Shown: piece after piece, positions 31,800 through 42,115 of the stretch
Numbering within the stretch: position 1 is the stretch's first letter
Layout of the letters: the number at the start of each line of letters is the position of its first letter
Source: Leptolyngbyaceae cyanobacterium
GTDB taxonomy: Bacteria > Cyanobacteriota > Cyanobacteriia > Phormidesmidales > Phormidesmidaceae
DNA length: 64,000 bases
Assembly: GCA_050331235.1 (NCBI GenBank)
Contig: JBHJHA010000019.1
Span: 62,212-126,211 of the forward strand
Reading direction: 5' to 3'
Notes under the pieces: generated by a model
Seen by the model: the letters and a program-made list of their open reading frames with translations, nothing else
The model's database searches: none
Told to the model about the DNA's origin: nothing
Made by a program: the position numbers and the translations under genes

Positions 31800-32498
31800 T
31801 CATACATTCAGTAGTTGGCGGCGGACCACACCTTGAAAGAGCTTTAAGCCATCGGTGCTGCCTAGCAACGCATCCGAAGCTCGCTCAGGGTGGGGCATCA
31901 ATCCCAAGACATTGCCCTCACGGTTGCAAATACCGGCAATGTTGTGCAAAGAGCCATTGGGATTATCAGCTGCGTGGGCAGTGCCCGCTAGACCACTGTA
32001 GCGAAACACCACTTGTCGATTGGCTTCTAACGCCGCCAAGGTAGCCGAATCGGCATAATAGCAGCCTTCTCCATGGGCGATGGGCAGCGTAATCACCTCG
32101 TTAGGCGTATACTCACTGGTCCACACCAGGTCAGTACGTTCTACCCGCAGGGGCACGCGATCGCACACAAAATGCAAGTCACGATTGCGGACTAAGGCTC
32201 CCGGCAAGAGTCCCGCCTCAGTTAAGATCTGAAACCCGTTACAGATGCCGATGACCCAGCCGCCGCGTTGGGCATGCTCAATGGTGGCTTGGAGTGCGGG
32301 TGAAAAGCGCGCGATCGCTCCGCAGCGCAGATAATCGCCATAGCTAAAGCCCCCGGGCACGATGACCAAATCAGCATTTTGCAGATCACTCTCCTCATGC
32401 CAGATCATCTGGGTTGGCTGGTCGAGTAGGTCGCGGGTGACATAGGCAGCATCGCGATCGCAGTTAGCGCCAGGAAAAACAATGATGCTGACATTCAT
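31800..32498 (-). CDS. purQ: FGAM synthase subunit PurQ
   Basis: GGFSYGDYLR, GICNGFQ and MPHPER motifs. Confidence 0.97.
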   Translation of the reverse strand: MNVSIIVFPGANCDRDAAYVTRDLLDQPTQMIWHEESDLQNADLVIVPGGFSYGDYLRCGAIARFSPALQATIEHAQRGGWVIGICNGFQILTEAGLLPGALVRNRDLHFVCDRVPLRVERTDLVWTSEYTPNEVITLPIAHGEGCYYADSATLAALEANRQVVFRYSGLAGTAHAADNPNGSLHNIAGICNREGNVLGLMPHPERASDALLGSTDGLKLFQGVVRRQLLNV

Positions 32499-32531
32499 AT
32501 CGCAGGGCCTCCAACGGATGACGTAATAATT

Positions 32532-32807
32532 TCAGGCAGGACTACCAGCAGGAGCTTTTACTTCGAGATCAAAGCGATAATTTTCAATCACGGGATTGGT
32601 CAGCAGCTGATCACACATTTGATCGAGCTGTTGGCGAGCGCTGGCCTTGTCTGGTGCCGACAGCGTCACTTGGATGTACTTACCAATTCTGACCTGCTCA
32701 ACGGTTGCAAAGCCCATGTGATGCAGCCCAGACTGCACCGCCGTCCCTGCTGGATCCAACACTGAAGGTCGCAGAGTGACGTATATTTGAGCTTGGTAGG
32801 TCGTCAT
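32532..32807 (-). CDS. purS: FGAM synthase subunit PurS
   Basis: VLDPAG, VRIGK and LLTNPVIENY motifs. Confidence 0.96.
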   Translation of the reverse strand: MTTYQAQIYVTLRPSVLDPAGTAVQSGLHHMGFATVEQVRIGKYIQVTLSAPDKASARQQLDQMCDQLLTNPVIENYRFDLEVKAPAGSPA

Positions 32808-32893
32808 AGCGATCGCGTCTATCAAAAAAACCGCTCCCATCCTACCGTATCCCGCTCTGCAATAAGCTAGTAAAGCAGCGGTTGCTCAGATTT

Positions 32894-33295
32894 ATGAACG
32901 GACCTAAAACTCGCAGTCAAGAACGTATCCTCAAGGTTATGAAGGGACTAACCAAACCCACATCAGCCCAGGATCTATACGTCGAGCTGCGCAACCACGA
33001 ATACACCATTGGTTTAGCCACGGTCTATCGCTCTTTAGACGCCCTGAAGCTTGATGGACTGGTGCAGGTACGGACGCTGCCCAGTGGCGAGTCCCTCTAC
33101 AGCCTTCCCCAAGAAGATCGACACCACCTCACCTGTCTCCGCTGTAGCAACACGATTTCCATTGAGGAATGCCCGGTGCACGACTTAGAAGATCAGCTCC
33201 AGCAGCATCACAAGTTCCGCATCTTCTATCACACCCTTGAGTTTTTTGGTCTGTGCCCTGGCTGTCAAGCTCAAGAAAACTCGACCAGTGGCTAG
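32894..33295 (+). CDS. zur: Fur-family regulator, probably Zur
   Basis: GLATVYR, HHLTCLRC, CPVH and GLCPGC motifs. Confidence 0.8.
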   Translation: MNGPKTRSQERILKVMKGLTKPTSAQDLYVELRNHEYTIGLATVYRSLDALKLDGLVQVRTLPSGESLYSLPQEDRHHLTCLRCSNTISIEECPVHDLEDQLQQHHKFRIFYHTLEFFGLCPGCQAQENSTSG

Positions 33296-33327
33296 TCAAA
33301 GGGGGCAACTGAATCGTTCAAGTACAC

Positions 33328-33717
33328 CTATCGCGACTCAGCCGCGATGGGCGTCGAAAGATCCAATAGCAAGCCATTGGGATCGCGGACTAAGAGTCGG
33401 CGTTGCCCATACGCTTCATTTTTAGGCGGCTGCACAATCGCGATCGCCATCGCTCGTGCCCGCTCATACAGAGCATCGACATCATCCACCACGAAGGTCA
33501 GCAGCAGCCCCTGAGGAGCCGCCTGAAACTCAGGAGGAATCAGCCCATGGTCTTGCTGAATCACGCCGAGCTCTAACTGAGGATGCTCGTCAGAGACTAA
33601 TTGCACGTACCAATCGCTGTCATAGGCAACGGTCAACCCCAAAAACTGGGTATAAAACCCACGACTCGCTGCCAAATCTTGGGAGCAAATATTAATTAAC
33701 CACCGAGCAATCACCAT
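33328..33717 (-). CDS. VOC/glyoxalase family protein
   Basis: SRGFY, FVVDDVD and YGQRRLLVRDPNG motifs. Confidence 0.88.
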   Translation of the reverse strand: MVIARWLINICSQDLAASRGFYTQFLGLTVAYDSDWYVQLVSDEHPQLELGVIQQDHGLIPPEFQAAPQGLLLTFVVDDVDALYERARAMAIAIVQPPKNEAYGQRRLLVRDPNGLLLDLSTPIAAESR

Positions 33718-33729
33718 AGGATTCCAGCG

Positions 33730-34119
33730 CTACACGACAGCAATACACTCAATTTCAACCCGCACATCCTTAGGCAAGCGAGCTACTTCAACACAGGCTC
33801 GCGCGGGGGCGTTTTCTTCACCAAAATGCTTGGCATAGGCTGCATTTACCGTTGCGAAGTCATTTATATCCTTGAGAAAAATCGATGTTTTGACGACGTT
33901 ATCTAACGTGGCTCCGCCAGCCATGAGAATCGCCTTGAGATTGGCGATCGCTTGCTCAGTTTGGGCAGTCACATCATCACCGCCGACGAGCTTTCCTGTT
34001 TGCGGGTCTAGAGGAATCTGGCCCGCAACAAACAGCATTGATCCGGTCGCCATCACAGCTTGGTTATAGGGACCGACGGGCGCGGGTGCTTGATCAGTTT
34101 GAATAATTCTGCGATCCAT
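33730..34119 (-). CDS. ridA: RidA/YjgF family enamine deaminase
   Basis: APAPVGPYNQA, AGQIP and PARACVEVARLP motifs. Confidence 0.92.
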   Translation of the reverse strand: MDRRIIQTDQAPAPVGPYNQAVMATGSMLFVAGQIPLDPQTGKLVGGDDVTAQTEQAIANLKAILMAGGATLDNVVKTSIFLKDINDFATVNAAYAKHFGEENAPARACVEVARLPKDVRVEIECIAVV

Positions 34120-34264
34120 GGAGGTATTTGCATAGCGGACGACCACCATTATGACAGGGAAGCCTTGTTAAATCGCTACGCCCCGTAACCATCGCGGAGA
34201 TGCCGTTAACCCCATCCATCAGCAGTAAGTCCCACCCCGCTGTCGCTCTAGCTCTCAGCAGATG

Positions 34265-34693
34265 CTACACCCTCGGACGCTGTCCGTAATATCGATATTG
34301 CCAGTAGTCTTGCAGGATGTGGTCGTGATCAAAGCACAATTTTTTCGGCGCTTCCCAGGGGGCAAACATCGCAATATCTTTGGCATCATCGGCGGCCACT
34401 GGTGTGCCCGTTGCATAGGCGAGAAATACAATGCTCAGGGTATGTTTTCGCGGGTCGCGACACGGATCGGAGTAGACGTGAAACTGCTCAATCAGCGTCA
34501 CCGCTAGCTGAGTTTCTTCTCGGGCTTCGCGGACAGCCGTGGTTTCCACGGTTTCACCATAATCCATAAACCCCCCGGGAATCGCCCAACCAAAAGGTTC
34601 GTTGCGGCGCTCAATCAACACAATTGGACGATGCGGGCGATCGCGCAGCTCAATAATGATGTCAACAGTCGGAGCAGGATTACGGTATGCCAC
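34265..34693 (-). CDS. NUDIX hydrolase (ADP-ribose pyrophosphatase-like)
   Basis: [22 protein letters not shown]udix box and RDPR; probable GTG start at 34693. Confidence 0.92.
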   Translation of the reverse strand: MAYRNPAPTVDIIIELRDRPHRPIVLIERRNEPFGWAIPGGFMDYGETVETTAVREAREETQLAVTLIEQFHVYSDPCRDPRKHTLSIVFLAYATGTPVAADDAKDIAMFAPWEAPKKLCFDHDHILQDYWQYRYYGQRPRV

Positions 34694-34941
34694 AGCAGGA
34701 TGAGAGATTAAGTGAATCCAGAGAGCCAATGGTGATCGGTTGCGGTTCAGCGAGATAGCGACGCAGGAGCAGCCTCACTGTAAATGGAAAAGCGACAACA
34801 AATGAAAAAGCGACAACCTAAAAGTTACTGGGTTTTGTCACAAGTTTATGAATTCCTCAAAAAACGCGGCAAAACTCTATCTAGATAGCAGTTTATTCCC
34901 GAGAATAGCCGTGCTAGAGTCTACTGGACGCTACGGCAGAA

Positions 34942-36456
34942 ATGATGCCTTTTCAAAGAGCAAGCGGCATTCTCCTCCATCCCACCTCCTTTCCCAGCCC
35001 ATTTGGTATGGGCAGCTTGGGTTCGGCTGCCTTTGAATTCATTGACTTTCTGACCGATACCGGACAGCAGCTTTGGCAAGTATTGCCCCTAGGGCCCACG
35101 GGCCACGGTAACTCGCCCTACATGTCTTACTCTTCCATGGCGGGCAACCATTTACTCATCAGCATTGAACGGTTACGCGATGAGGGTTTACTTGACCAAT
35201 CAGCCTTAGACTCGTACCCCCACTTAGCTGAAGACGAAGTTGATTTCAGCCGAGCCATTCCAGCTAAGCTAGCGCTTTTAGAAGCCGCTGCAGAAACCTT
35301 TTTAACCTCAGCCGATGGCGATGCTCGAGCCGCCTACGATGCGTTTTGCCAAGAGCATGCCTTTTGGTTAGATGATTATGCCTTTTTCATGGCGCTAAAA
35401 AGAGCCCACAACGGTGCTAGCTGGCACCAATGGGATAGTAGTCTCGCTCGTCGGCAACCTGAGGCAATGGCCACTTGGCGAGACAAGCTAGCGACTGTTA
35501 TTGAGTATCACAAATATTTTCAGTTTGAGTTTGCCCGCCAGTGGACGGCGCTTAAGCACTACGCCAATGAGCGCCACATTCAAATTGTGGGGGATATGCC
35601 GATCTATGTCGCCCATGACAGCGTCGATGTGTGGGCCTTTCCCGATAACTTCATGATCGATCCAGATACGCTAGAGCCCTCAGAGATGGCTGGGGTGCCC
35701 CCCGACTATTTCAGTGAAACGGGGCAGCTCTGGGGTAACCCTACCTATAACTGGCGCGTGATTCAAGAGCAGGGATTCAAGTGGTGGTTGCAGCGGGTCA
35801 AAGCGTTACTGGAATATGTTGACCTGACCCGGATTGACCATTTCCGCGGATTTGAAGCTTACTGGGCTATCCCCCAAGGCGAAACGACTGCAATGAATGG
35901 GGAATGGATTGAAGCTCCAGGGGAAGCTTTCTTCAATACCATCAAAGAAACGTTTGGCACTCTGCCAATTTTGGCTGAGGATTTGGGCGTGATTACCCCC
36001 GAGGTAGAAGCTTTACGCGATCAGTTTGGCTTTCCAGGGATGAAAATCCTGCAGTTTGCTTTCGGGGGGGATCACACCAATCCTTACTTACCGTTCAATT
36101 TTGTTGAAAACTGCCTGGTCTACACGGGCACCCATGATAATGACACCACCGTAGGCTGGTTTGACAAAGCATCAGAATACGAACGCGATCGCGTTCTGCG
36201 TTACTTAGGCGGTTTATCCGCTGATGGCATTCACTGGAGCTTGATTCGTGTAGCGTTGAGTTCGGTGGCCAATCAAGCCATCGTGCCACTCCAAGATTTA
36301 CTGGGGCTGGGCAGCTTTGCCCGCATGAACTCTCCGGGTAAAGCTGAGGGTAACTGGGCCTGGCGTTATCGCTCCGATATGCTGACCGGAGAGTTGCGCG
36401 ATCGCCTGCGCGAACTCACTCGTCTCTATGGACGAGCGCCTGCCCATTGGCGCTAA
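34942..36456 (+). CDS. malQ: 4-alpha-glucanotransferase
   Basis: GVPPDYFSETGQLWGNP, RIDHFRG, AEDLG and YTGTHDNDT motifs. Confidence 0.97.
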   Translation: MMPFQRASGILLHPTSFPSPFGMGSLGSAAFEFIDFLTDTGQQLWQVLPLGPTGHGNSPYMSYSSMAGNHLLISIERLRDEGLLDQSALDSYPHLAEDEVDFSRAIPAKLALLEAAAETFLTSADGDARAAYDAFCQEHAFWLDDYAFFMALKRAHNGASWHQWDSSLARRQPEAMATWRDKLATVIEYHKYFQFEFARQWTALKHYANERHIQIVGDMPIYVAHDSVDVWAFPDNFMIDPDTLEPSEMAGVPPDYFSETGQLWGNPTYNWRVIQEQGFKWWLQRVKALLEYVDLTRIDHFRGFEAYWAIPQGETTAMNGEWIEAPGEAFFNTIKETFGTLPILAEDLGVITPEVEALRDQFGFPGMKILQFAFGGDHTNPYLPFNFVENCLVYTGTHDNDTTVGWFDKASEYERDRVLRYLGGLSADGIHWSLIRVALSSVANQAIVPLQDLLGLGSFARMNSPGKAEGNWAWRYRSDMLTGELRDRLRELTRLYGRAPAHWR

Positions 36457-36482
36457 ACCCGGTTGGCCACAGCTGGCACCCC

Positions 36483-36743
36483 TTACCCTGATTGTGACGT
36501 ATCTGCCACCAACGTCTGCGGCTCGGCCCCTACTGGTTCTAAATAAGCACCATCCACTAGGAACGAGCCCTGTTCAAACTTGACCACCCAGTAGTTGCTA
36601 GGCTTCTGAGCCACCACGGTTCCCACGGTCTTGACTGGCACTAAATCGCCAGGGCGGAGCATGGGCATAGTGTCAGCCGTTTTGAGATAGGGCGGGGCGG
36701 TGGCTAAACGGACGCGATCGCCCACGAGAAATGTGATGCTCAT
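36483..36743 (-). CDS. sipA: regulatory protein SipA (NblS/Hik33-interacting, DUF3148)
   Basis: VGDRVRL...PPYLKTADTMPMLRP motif. Confidence 0.88.
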   Translation of the reverse strand: MSITFLVGDRVRLATAPPYLKTADTMPMLRPGDLVPVKTVGTVVAQKPSNYWVVKFEQGSFLVDGAYLEPVGAEPQTLVADTSQSG

Positions 36744-36799
36744 AGCAGTAACCATTGAGGGATAGGGCAGCGTTACTACCCTATCCCACCGGGTCTGAG

Positions 36800-37828
36800 T
36801 TAAGGAACCTGCCAAATGCGATCGTGATATCGCGAGGGATCAGCGTAGGGGTCCGGCATGTCCTGACCGTGAGCGTGATTGTGGGCATGGCTATGACCGT
36901 GCTCGAGCCCATGATCATGATGATGTCCATGGGTGCTATCCCCCTTGGCAGCAAGACGAAACTTGCACGTTTCACAATTCATGGCGACCGTGCCCTGCTG
37001 GGTCTCAATTTCTCGACGGCGCATCACTGCCATCAGCTGCGGATGCAGCCCCATCTCCGGCAAGCAGCCCACCTCCATCTCGGGATGGAGTGCCTGCTGC
37101 TGGACGGCGATCTGTTGAATTTTTTTCATCAGCACGCCGGTAAACAGGAAGTAAGGCAGCACAATAATGCGCTCAGGCTGATATAGTCGGGCTCGATGAA
37201 AGCCTTCCTCCAGACGGGGGTGAGTGATACCAATGAAGCAGGTTTCGACTGTGTGGTAGTCACTGCCCTCCCAAACCATGCGCGCTAACTTGTAAACATC
37301 GCCATTGGCATCGGGGTCGCTCGCCCCCCGTCCCACGAACAGCAGCACCGTTTGCTGACGCTTAATGTCGTGAGGGTTATGTACAGGCTGATCGAGACGG
37401 TTCAGGCGATCGCGCCACAGGTCCAAAATCTCCGGAGCAATGCCAAAGTGACGCCCGTAGTGAAAGCGCACATTGGGGTGACGTTCTCGGGCGCGATCGA
37501 GCTCATTGGTCACGTCAAATTTATTGTGACGGGCGGCAAAGAGCAGAACAGGAAGCACCGAAATATCGGTATAGCCCTGAGCCACACAGCGATCGACGCC
37601 ATCTTGAATAGTGGGCGTGGTCAGCTCCAAAAAACAGGGTATAACAGGGCGAGAGGTATCCAGTGCTTGGTACGCCATGGCCAAGTCCAAAACATTTTGG
37701 CGACCTTGGGCGTCGCGACTGCCGTGGCCAATCAGCAACAGAGGTCGAGCCTGGGGCAGGGTATCCAAGGCTGGCGGAGCGGCCTCATCAAACAGGCTGG
37801 GTTGATTCAAAATTTGGGCAATTGTCAT
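36800..37828 (-). CDS. cbiX: sirohydrochlorin cobaltochelatase CbiX (long form)
   Basis: [27 protein letters not shown] Fe-S motif and His-rich tail. The ORF extension to 38068 overlaps the riboswitch and is not coding. Confidence 0.94.
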   Translation of the reverse strand: MTIAQILNQPSLFDEAAPPALDTLPQARPLLLIGHGSRDAQGRQNVLDLAMAYQALDTSRPVIPCFLELTTPTIQDGVDRCVAQGYTDISVLPVLLFAARHNKFDVTNELDRARERHPNVRFHYGRHFGIAPEILDLWRDRLNRLDQPVHNPHDIKRQQTVLLFVGRGASDPDANGDVYKLARMVWEGSDYHTVETCFIGITHPRLEEGFHRARLYQPERIIVLPYFLFTGVLMKKIQQIAVQQQALHPEMEVGCLPEMGLHPQLMAVMRRREIETQQGTVAMNCETCKFRLAAKGDSTHGHHHDHGLEHGHSHAHNHAHGQDMPDPYADPSRYHDRIWQVP

Positions 37829-37882
37829 GAATTCAGCTATCTCCAAGCCCGTGCTTCGCGGGCTGTCAAGACACAAAGCGAC

Positions 37883-38025
37883 TGGTGGGCATTCTGACTG
37901 AGAGGATGCTCTCGCATCCTCATCACAGTTGCGGCACAGCGCTGGATTGGTAGAGAACTCTACGCACCAGACTTTCCCCATCGATCGCGGTATCAAATTT
38001 GCTTTGCCATCATATCTCACCCCTT
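37883..38025 (-). ncRNA. cobalamin riboswitch upstream of cbiX
   Basis: Minus strand GGGGAAAGTCTGGTG...AATCCAGCGCTGTGCCGCAACTGTGA...AGTCAGAATGCCCACC (B12 box), with a GAGGATGC-GAGA-GCATCCTC hairpin; 5' boundary approximate. Confidence 0.88.
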
Positions 38026-38131
38026 TGACAGACGGCTTTGAGCACTTCCAAATTATCCCCGTATCCACGGGACAACACCTCTCGTCTGAGGGGCCTGTTG
38101 TAGGATAAGACTCTGTTGCCGAGCCTATGCT

Positions 38132-39031
38132 TTGAGCGCTTCTAAACTCTCTCCATCGTCTGTGCAGGCTGGCAGTGTGTACGCGCTGTTAGCCTACGGT
38201 GCCTGGGGCCTCTTGCCCATTTATTGGAAATTTTTTCAGCGCAGCTCACCCATTGAAGTGTTGAGCCACCGCATGATTTGGTCACTGGTCTTCTTAACGG
38301 CGATCTTGCTGATTCAGCAGCGACAGGCAGAGCTCCGAGAATTACTCAAATCTCCCCATAGCCTACGGTTGTTGCTGGCCTCTGCAGCACTGCTCACCTG
38401 CAATTGGGGTCTTTACATCTACGGTGTAAATAGCGATCGCGTGGTGGAAACCAGTCTAGGATATTTCATCAATCCGCTGGTGACAGTCCTTCTCGGATTT
38501 CTCTTTTTGCAGGAGCGGTTAATTTTCGGACAGCAGATTGCCGTCGCCCTCGCCGCGATCGGGGTGGGTTACTTTGTTCGGCAATTTGGCACCGTCCCAT
38601 GGATTGCGCTAGGGCTAGCATTTACCTTTGCCTTCTATGGGCTCCTGCGTAAGGTTGTTGCCGTGGCCCCCTTAGTTGGCTTAGCAGTCGAAACGCTGAT
38701 GATCACCCCCGCTGCCCTCGCCTTTGTGATCTACTGGCAGGGGATTGGAAACGGACAGTTTGGGCAGGCACTCCCGTTCACTCTCTTGTTTATCGGGGCT
38801 GGAGTCATGACTTCTATGCCGCTGCTCTGGTTTAACAATGCAGCCAAGCGACTACGCCTCTCTACCCTGGGCTTCTTTCAATATGTTGCCCCTTCTCTAC
38901 AGCTTATGCTGGGAGTGTTTCTCTATCGCGAGCCCTTCACCGCAACCCACACCGTCACCTTTGCCTGCATCTGGACGGCGCTGCTGCTGTACTCAACGTC
39001 ATCGCTTTGGCAGCAACGCCTTAAATCATGA
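38132..39031 (+). CDS. rarD: EamA family transporter RarD
   Basis: [26 protein letters not shown] and GFFQYVAP motifs. Confidence 0.93.
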   Translation: MSASKLSPSSVQAGSVYALLAYGAWGLLPIYWKFFQRSSPIEVLSHRMIWSLVFLTAILLIQQRQAELRELLKSPHSLRLLLASAALLTCNWGLYIYGVNSDRVVETSLGYFINPLVTVLLGFLFLQERLIFGQQIAVALAAIGVGYFVRQFGTVPWIALGLAFTFAFYGLLRKVVAVAPLVGLAVETLMITPAALAFVIYWQGIGNGQFGQALPFTLLFIGAGVMTSMPLLWFNNAAKRLRLSTLGFFQYVAPSLQLMLGVFLYREPFTATHTVTFACIWTALLLYSTSSLWQQRLKS

Positions 39032-39076
39032 GCGCTAGTGCAGTCTGTCGGTTCAGCTCTGGCATGCCTCTATCCT

Positions 39077-39646
39077 TTATAGATCCAAGGTCTCCTCAAC
39101 CACTTGGGGAGCTTTGGTCGGTGTTTCGTCCGTAGGACCAAAGCCCAGCTCGCCGCTGGAGTAGGTCGTGCCAAAGTTAGCCGCTAAGGTCGACACTTGG
39201 CTGAGGGCCGAACGCAGGTCAGCCGCTTGCAGCGATCGCAGCGGATGCACATAAACCGCAACCACCCGGCCATTAGTCACGGCATAACGAGCATCTAACG
39301 CCAAATGATAATTAGCCACGAGCATTGCCTCTACCTGCTCCACCGAGAGGCTGTCCGCCGCCGTAATCGGCACCACAATCCGCATGCGATCATTCTCGGT
39401 ATCTGCGATCGCGATCGCCGGTTGCCCTGCCAGGGTCAACTGCCACTGTCCAGCTTTACCCTGCACGTTTTCACCCACATCCAACAAAATGGCGGCCATA
39501 TGCTCAATGGTCATTTCGTCTGCGGCTTGGGCCACCGCCGCTGATGGCGTCAGTTTCCACGGAGCGGTCGCATCGACGTTGGATAAACCCACCAAAGCAC
39601 TGATTGCAATCACACTGGGAAGTGCGTAGACAAGTTTGTGGTTCAT
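39077..39646 (-). CDS. exported hypothetical protein, YbjN/CesT chaperone-like fold
   Basis: Signal-like N-terminus; DRMRI, ANYHLALDARYA and FGTTYSSG blocks. Confidence 0.65.
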   Translation of the reverse strand: MNHKLVYALPSVIAISALVGLSNVDATAPWKLTPSAAVAQAADEMTIEHMAAILLDVGENVQGKAGQWQLTLAGQPAIAIADTENDRMRIVVPITAADSLSVEQVEAMLVANYHLALDARYAVTNGRVVAVYVHPLRSLQAADLRSALSQVSTLAANFGTTYSSGELGFGPTDETPTKAPQVVEETLDL

Positions 39647-39803
39647 AAACCCTACCGGCTAACGAAGACCCTTAAAATTTACGAGGGTTCTCTGAGAGCT
39701 AAATGAGGACTCGATACGCTTTTGCTGAAGGAACACTGACGCTAACTCAGTCCTACCAGTCAAGTTGCTGGCCCTGTTCACCCCGCTTCCGAAAATCCGT
39801 GTG

Positions 39804-40682
39804 ATGACGCTCAAAGCAACAATCGCGGCTTACCTAGACGACACCAATCCAGCTGTAGGGGGTTGGGGGGTTGGGGCGATCGCCAGTTTGATCGTGGCGT
39901 CCTCAGTCATTTTTGTGTTGAGCACTTACGAGCTGCCGCCGGGTCAAGCGCAACTACTGCATTGGCTAGACTGGGCCATTCTGGCTGGTTTCACAGTTGA
40001 ATATGTGCTCCGCGTCTGGACAGCCGAGCACTGGTGGCGCTATGTCTTCAGCATTTATGGACTGATCGATCTAGTCGCCATTTGTCCGCTGCTCCTAGGC
40101 TTTTTAGACCTGCGCTCGATTCGGCTGTTGCGGTGGCTACGAATTTTGCGGTTTGCCCGACTGCTCAGCGATCGCGCCATTCTAGGCAAGCTGATCACGC
40201 CCGACACCCTGGCCGTCATTCGCATCGTTTTCACCATCTTCTCGATTATTTTTATCTACGCGGGCCTGATCTTTCAGGTCGAGCAGCGATTTCACCCCAC
40301 GACCTTCAACTCTTTTTTAGATGCGGCTTACTTTGCCGTGGTCACGATTACCACCGTTGGCTATGGAGACATCACCCCCGTCTCCGACGCTGGTCGGCTG
40401 TGCACCATGCTGATGATTTTGACGGGAATTGCCCTCATTCCTACTCAGCTTGGGGATTTAATCAAGCGCATCCTCAAAGTTTCGCAGTCCCAGCCCATTG
40501 CCTGCAGTACCTGCAATTGGTCAGTGCACGACCCAGATGCGCAATTTTGTAAACGCTGCGGGACATCACTATTGCTACCGCCCATTGCCCAGTTGATTGC
40601 TGAGAGCGATCGCGATGCCATTGCCTGGAATTCTCCCGCTTCAGCCGCCCCCGTCATCGAAGAAACCCAGGAATCCTCGTAA
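39804..40682 (+). CDS. voltage-gated K+ channel-type ion transporter with C-terminal zinc ribbon
   Basis: S4-like RLLRWLRILRFAR, TTVGYGD filter, CSTC...HDPDAQFCKRCG. Confidence 0.92.
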   Translation: MTLKATIAAYLDDTNPAVGGWGVGAIASLIVASSVIFVLSTYELPPGQAQLLHWLDWAILAGFTVEYVLRVWTAEHWWRYVFSIYGLIDLVAICPLLLGFLDLRSIRLLRWLRILRFARLLSDRAILGKLITPDTLAVIRIVFTIFSIIFIYAGLIFQVEQRFHPTTFNSFLDAAYFAVVTITTVGYGDITPVSDAGRLCTMLMILTGIALIPTQLGDLIKRILKVSQSQPIACSTCNWSVHDPDAQFCKRCGTSLLLPPIAQLIAESDRDAIAWNSPASAAPVIEETQESS

Positions 40683-40811
40683 CTTAACCGGGCCAGCCGG
40701 TGTGAAGCCAGGTTTTGAGAACCAGAGCCAAGGAAAATCGCTAAATTTCTTCGGGGTCGGGTTTTGAGCGATACAATATGCCTCTTGCAGCGTGCATATG
40801 GATATACGGCA

Positions 40812-41408
40812 TTGTCACCGCTCGATCTACTTTGGGCCCTCACGGGGTTAGTGCTGACCATCGCAGCGACTTGGTCAGAGGCATTTATCACCAATGCCCC
40901 TTGGAATTGGAGTAACACCGGCATCCAGGTTTATTCCCTTGGCATCAGCTTTCAAGTGGGAGCCGTCTTGCTCACGGCCTGCGTTGGCGGTAAAAATGCC
41001 GCGGCCTTATCACAAATTGCCTATGTGGCGCTGGGGCTGCTGCTGTTTCAGTTTTTTGGCCTACCTATTTTCACCCAGGGGGGCGGACTCGGCTATGTGC
41101 GTGAGCCAAGCTTTGGCTACTTGATCGGCTTTATTCCGGCAGCGTGGACCTGTGGCTATCTGGCCTTTCGCGATCGCCTTACACTAGAAACACTCGCCTT
41201 GAGTAGTCTCTGCGGTTTGGGCATCATTCATGGCTGTGGGTTGCTCTATCTGGCGACGGCCTCCCTCGGGGGGTGGCTACAGCAGGTCAACTTTCCTGCT
41301 TGGGAGGCAATTTTGGCCTATTCCTTGGCACCGCTGCCAGGACAGCTCATTATGGTATGTGCCGTCTCTGTGTTGGCGTATCTCTTACGCCAACTCTTGT
41401 TTTACTAA
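40812..41408 (+). CDS. bioY: biotin transporter BioY
   Basis: QIAYVALGL, LPIFTQGGG and PSFGYLIGF motifs; start uncertain (ORF from 40764). Confidence 0.9.
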   Translation: MSPLDLLWALTGLVLTIAATWSEAFITNAPWNWSNTGIQVYSLGISFQVGAVLLTACVGGKNAAALSQIAYVALGLLLFQFFGLPIFTQGGGLGYVREPSFGYLIGFIPAAWTCGYLAFRDRLTLETLALSSLCGLGIIHGCGLLYLATASLGGWLQQVNFPAWEAILAYSLAPLPGQLIMVCAVSVLAYLLRQLLFY

Positions 41409-41413
41409 GGCTT

Positions 41414-41938
41414 ATGAGGCTTAAAAACCGACTTTTTTGGATCGCAGCCGGCATTGGACTCGTTTTAGATCAGCTCACCAAGCTGTGGGTCGTTAACCAA
41501 TTTGAGCTCACCATTCCCCCAGACACCATTGCCCTCTGGCCGGGTGTGTTTCACTTTACCTACGTCACTAACTCCGGGGCGGCCTTTAGCCTATTTAGCA
41601 ACAACGGCGAATGGTTACGCTGGCTTTCACTTATTGTGAGTGCGGCCCTCGCGTTATTGGGCCTGCTGACCCCCTTGGCCAACCGCTGGGAGCAGATCGG
41701 CTATGGTCTCATCCTCAGCGGAGCCTTAGGCAACGGCATTGACCGATTTTTCAATGGCGAGGTGGTCGACTTTCTCGATTTTCGGCTAATCCGCTTTCCC
41801 ATTTTTAACATCGCCGACGTTTGCATCAATATTGGCATTGTCTGCCTGATCATCGCGGCGTTCCGCAGCTCTGCCAACGATTCACACAATGGCGATCAGC
41901 CGCCTAAAAATGGTCGCGGCAAAAAGCTGAATTCGTAG
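41414..41938 (+). CDS. lspA: lipoprotein signal peptidase II
   Basis: DQLTK, NSGAAFS, GNGIDR, VVDF and FNIAD motifs. Confidence 0.96.
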   Translation: MRLKNRLFWIAAGIGLVLDQLTKLWVVNQFELTIPPDTIALWPGVFHFTYVTNSGAAFSLFSNNGEWLRWLSLIVSAALALLGLLTPLANRWEQIGYGLILSGALGNGIDRFFNGEVVDFLDFRLIRFPIFNIADVCINIGIVCLIIAAFRSSANDSHNGDQPPKNGRGKKLNS

Positions 41939-42115
41939 GACAATTTTGCGATCGCCCGTCTGCCACTGAAGCGCTCTGAAAATGGTTAGTAAAATAGAGC
42001 CAGTGTCTACAGTCGTCGAGCCCGCTTTAGTTTCCTCGTTACGTCGCACCACCTGTCTATTCGCTGCGGCTTGCCTGATGCACTGCTTTCGCTCTTTGAG
42101 TCCATCGATGCACGT

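Noticed and set aside
37829..38068. N-terminal extension of cbiX in the ORF track
   Set aside because: It overlaps the cobalamin riboswitch; homology begins near the ATG at 37828.
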